Below, piece by piece: positions 59,692 to 62,203 of a stretch of 62,203 nucleotides of DNA. A program made the translations under genes and the position numbers. Under the pieces are notes generated by a model. That model saw nothing but the letters and a program-made list of their open reading frames with translations. It had not been told where the DNA came from and did not search any database. The DNA is from Phycisphaerae bacterium (lineage in GTDB: Bacteria; Planctomycetota; Phycisphaerae; SM23-33): positions 26,153-88,355 of the forward strand of contig JBNGDC010000007.1 of the NCBI GenBank assembly GCA_049975485.1, given 5' to 3'. How positions within the stretch are numbered: the first letter of the stretch is position 1; the number at the start of each line of letters is the position of its first letter.

Positions 59692-60321
59692 TCACTCGTC
59701 CTCCAACACCCATTCGCCCTCATACCAAGCGCCTTGCGCGGGAAACCCAGGGTTCCGCCGACATCGTTTCAGCGCCTCCGCAGCTTCGCTGGGAATGGCA
59801 TCCTCCCTTCCGGACCAGCGAAGGTAAAGCGATCCGCCTGTCTCCTCCCGCCTCAGCAACGTATGCACCTTGTCCACACCTTCCGCTTCTGAAGAACCTC
59901 GGTAATATACGTCGTTTGCTCGAGGGGGCCTGGAAGGCCACCAGTGCAGCCAATCCGCGCCGAGGACCCTGGCCTTGTCGGACTGCGATGTACCTTCCCT
60001 TGCATAGCAATCTGATTCTTCCAAGGCCGTACGCAACTCCTCGAAAGACCCGCTGTCGATCCGCACCCACAAGTCTGCATATCCGTCCTCCGACAACACA
60101 AAGGTTCGCATCGCTATCACGTCCGGCAGATTCTCCAGTCCTAGCATTCTCAGCACGGCTGCACGCTCACTCCCATCCAGCGCGGGACACGACGGCCACA
60201 CACGCCAGACAACGATCCCCGCCAAGAACACCGCAGTAATGATGACTATCGGGACGAAGCGCCACCGTCCGCTCAAGTGTCCGCACGTGCGAACCACACG
60301 TCGCGATCTATCGGCATTCAT
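59692..60321 (-). CDS. Hypothetical N-terminally anchored protein (candidate immunity protein)
   Basis: TM FVPIVIITAVFLAGIVVWRVW followed by a soluble domain. Start uncertain, within or just after the Rhs remnant. Confidence 0.6.
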   Translation of the reverse strand: MNADRSRRVVRTCGHLSGRWRFVPIVIITAVFLAGIVVWRVWPSCPALDGSERAAVLRMLGLENLPDVIAMRTFVLSEDGYADLWVRIDSGSFEELRTALEESDCYAREGTSQSDKARVLGADWLHWWPSRPPRANDVYYRGSSEAEGVDKVHTLLRREETGGSLYLRWSGREDAIPSEAAEALKRCRRNPGFPAQGAWYEGEWVLEDE

Positions 60322-60430
60322 GTTGGCGGCTCCCGCGGCGTAGCCCCGGATGTGTCGGGACGACGCCGGGTCGTTGGTGTAGTACAAGGTCCCATCCACT
60401 GTGCCGTCGGTGTTCGTATCCCGCCAGCAC
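60316..60430 (-). pseudogene. Rhs-core remnant interrupted by a 42-bp palindromic insert
   Basis: Translates as CWRDTNTDGTVDGTLYYTND-[PASSRHIRGYAAGA]-ANMN, resembling the planctomycete Rhs segment before ERYxYDPYG. Confidence 0.65.
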
Positions 60431-60536
60431 CGCCTGCGTCGGGTACCTACCGACACGTCACACAACCGCATTGCCCAGAGCGTATTTTATCGTAAAACTC
60501 CGGTGGACAAGACCTTACCCCGCTACCTACTGCCAT

Positions 60537-60845
60537 TCACCCCACAGTGTCATCACCCGCGTTGCCGCCCGAGATATCTCTGACGGCGAGCCGCCAGGTC
60601 AGTTCAGCCATCCCAAACACGGCTGCCCAAGCCACAAGCAAGGTCACCGACCAGACCCAGGACAAGTGCTTTGCCATAGCGTGGAGCGTTATCTCCCCTT
60701 CCAGTCTTAACACCCACGCCGAATAAATCACGACTCCCGTCATTAGTCCCCCGAAATGCTCAACGATGCGCACAATCCGCCTGGGAGGAAAAGCTCTTAC
60801 CTCTCGCGGTCCGGGTCTCTCTCCATTGTCCTCGTTTACCGCCAT
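60537..60845 (-). CDS. Small two-TM hypothetical protein (candidate immunity protein)
   Basis: 102 aa, two hydrophobic segments, and GGAGG upstream of the ATG. Confidence 0.6.
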   Translation of the reverse strand: MAVNEDNGERPGPREVRAFPPRRIVRIVEHFGGLMTGVVIYSAWVLRLEGEITLHAMAKHLSWVWSVTLLVAWAAVFGMAELTWRLAVRDISGGNAGDDTVG

Positions 60846-61058
60846 CCTGCGTCCTCCGCATAGCCACAGGCACTTTTCCTACCGGGCGTTCCTTCGTACT
60901 CTTCCCAATCCCTAAGGTCCGGCTTCGCTTGGGTATAGGTTAGTTCGTAGGTCAAGCCCCGGCGCGTGCTACTCTGCGTAGTCCCAACGGGACAACTCGT
61001 GCTTCGTAGCGACCCTGCACTGCGTAGCTAACCAGGTCAAAGCAGAGCGCTTCCCAAG

Positions 61059-61305
61059 GTAGCACACATAGGCCGGGGCTTGCCCCCCGGCGGCTGCAAT
61101 CTCAGGCCCGCAGGGCCGTCACGAGATTAGCCGGGGGTGTAAACCCCCGGAAAGCTCCGTCCCGAAGTATTGGAGGCCCGACGGGCCGGCACGAGTCGCT
61201 GAACGCCCGCCTTTCGTGCCGCCCCTGCGGGGCTCTTGGTTTTTCAGCAGTACCCTACCGGGGCCTCACGACCCCGGCTATTTGAGTATCGGCCCCTCGG
61301 GCCTC
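61059..61305. repeat. Multi-palindrome REP-like repeat, copy 2 (longer, with its inverted arm)
   Basis: 61059-61244 matches 58850-59035. It continues with CCGGGGCCTCACGACCCCGGCTA and CGGCCCCTCGGGCCT, which mirror the left arm. A partial inverted copy of the left end lies at 60954-60993. Confidence 0.88.
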
Positions 61306-61379
61306 GCGCCCGCCCGCGTCGTAAACCGGCTGTATCCAACCGCCGCAGCAAACTGCATAGTGCGAAACCGTAATACTCG

Positions 61380-61405
61380 CGTGGGCAACAAGTTGCCCAC
61401 CCTAC
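61380..61405 (-). repeat. GTAG-type REP palindrome
   Basis: Minus strand GTAG-G-GTGGGCAAC-TT-GTTGCCCAC, 10 nt after the stop codon of the 61416 gene. Confidence 0.75.
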
Positions 61406-61415
61406 CTGCTACCTG

Positions 61416-61952
61416 CTAAAGAACCTTGGCTTTTCTGGTCGCTTCTGCGGCACACTTCGCGACAAGATGCCGAAAACCCTCGATTGCGACGCGTTTGCGG
61501 AGATACCCGGCTCCCCATAACGCGACCAGCCACGCCAGCGCCACGGGCCATGGAAAACCGTCAGGACCCCCCAAACCATAGGCAGCCCCGACAATAACAA
61601 CAGCCACAACAGGCATAATCGATACCCCAACGATAAAGGGCAAGAAACATACCCGGATCTCCATCCCTGCTCCATTTCGGCCGCTCACAAAAAGAAAGCT
61701 ACCCTTGGAGACACCAAGCAGCCACCCGGCAAGCGGCGACAGTATCCCCTTTCCCGTGCGAAAGGCCAACTGGTTTTCTTTCAAGACGCAGCTTGCCGAC
61801 CTTTTTCTTCTCATCTCGGAGGCAAGCAACTCAAGGACCACCGACTTGTTCGGATACGTTTCAGTGGTGCTCAACTGCTGGTACGCCTCGCCCCAAACCA
61901 GCTTGAACCACAACCGGCCGATGGTAGAGCGGATGCCATTGTCATTGCTCAT
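61416..61952 (-). CDS. Hypothetical membrane protein, paralog of 59072-59608 (candidate immunity protein)
   Basis: Blocks LASEMRRK, LAFRTGKGILSP, EIRVCFLP, FPW and EGFRHLVAKCAAEA. AGAGGA RBS 8 nt before ATG 61952. Confidence 0.78.
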   Translation of the reverse strand: MSNDNGIRSTIGRLWFKLVWGEAYQQLSTTETYPNKSVVLELLASEMRRKRSASCVLKENQLAFRTGKGILSPLAGWLLGVSKGSFLFVSGRNGAGMEIRVCFLPFIVGVSIMPVVAVVIVGAAYGLGGPDGFPWPVALAWLVALWGAGYLRKRVAIEGFRHLVAKCAAEATRKAKVL

Positions 61953-62203
61953 GGTCACGGTCCTCTGGCCACCGGATTGCTACGCGCAGACCACCCGTAT
62001 CCCTGACTTCATGTCGCCGGCCCCGGTTTGGCCACACGCTCACCGCCAGGCGGCAAACCGGAGCCAGAATACCCACTACGGCGCGCATATCAAGCATGGG
62101 CGATCCTGTCTTGCGGCCTGGTCGCAGCGGCGCTGCTTATTGGCGCCTGCACGTGATGCCGGCCGGGCTGGACGCGCCAGTCCTGCCGGCCGGATTCAGA
62201 GGT

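Noticed and set aside
58850-62203. Integron cassette array
   Set aside because: No RYYYAAC...GTTRRRY attC boundaries found after the ORFs, and no integrase in the window.
61960-62203. Toxin C-terminus upstream of the last membrane gene
   Set aside because: All three minus-strand frames entering from the window edge stop well before 61952, so no coupling is visible. Sequence beyond the window is needed.

Overview
GC-rich bacterial chromosome segment, most likely a planctomycete (Phycisphaerae-like). This is inferred from a PEP-CTERM protein, a DUF1573 protein, a sulfatase, an E-DUF2764-A-B-D-I-K V-ATPase operon and a planctomycete-style Rhs remnant. Most of it is housekeeping: carB (5' truncated), guaA, mutL, uvrA, recG, apbE, divergent queF/queC, a dtxR-like/feoA/feoB operon ending in a small Cys-rich gene missed by the ORF track, addB/addA, a ROK kinase, trpE, an orphan ParA, a Lys/Ser/Thr-rich histone-H1-like protein, nrdJ, a probably Na+-coupled V-ATPase, a PIN-TRAM protein and several glycan-degrading genes. 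Two accessory patches are visibly lower in GC. The first is an HTH-Xre/ImmA-IrrE peptidase plus PIN-nuclease pair (26.4-28.1 kb). The second is a terminal array (58.8-62.2 kb) of small membrane-protein genes: two diverged paralogs, an Rhs-core remnant and a possible toxin-tail fragment, whose junctions coincide with palindromic REP-like repeats. It looks like a repeat-delimited orphan-immunity cassette array and is the best candidate for an undescribed system. I found no tRNA, rRNA, CRISPR array, integrase or transposase. All calls come from reading motifs by eye; no searches were run.
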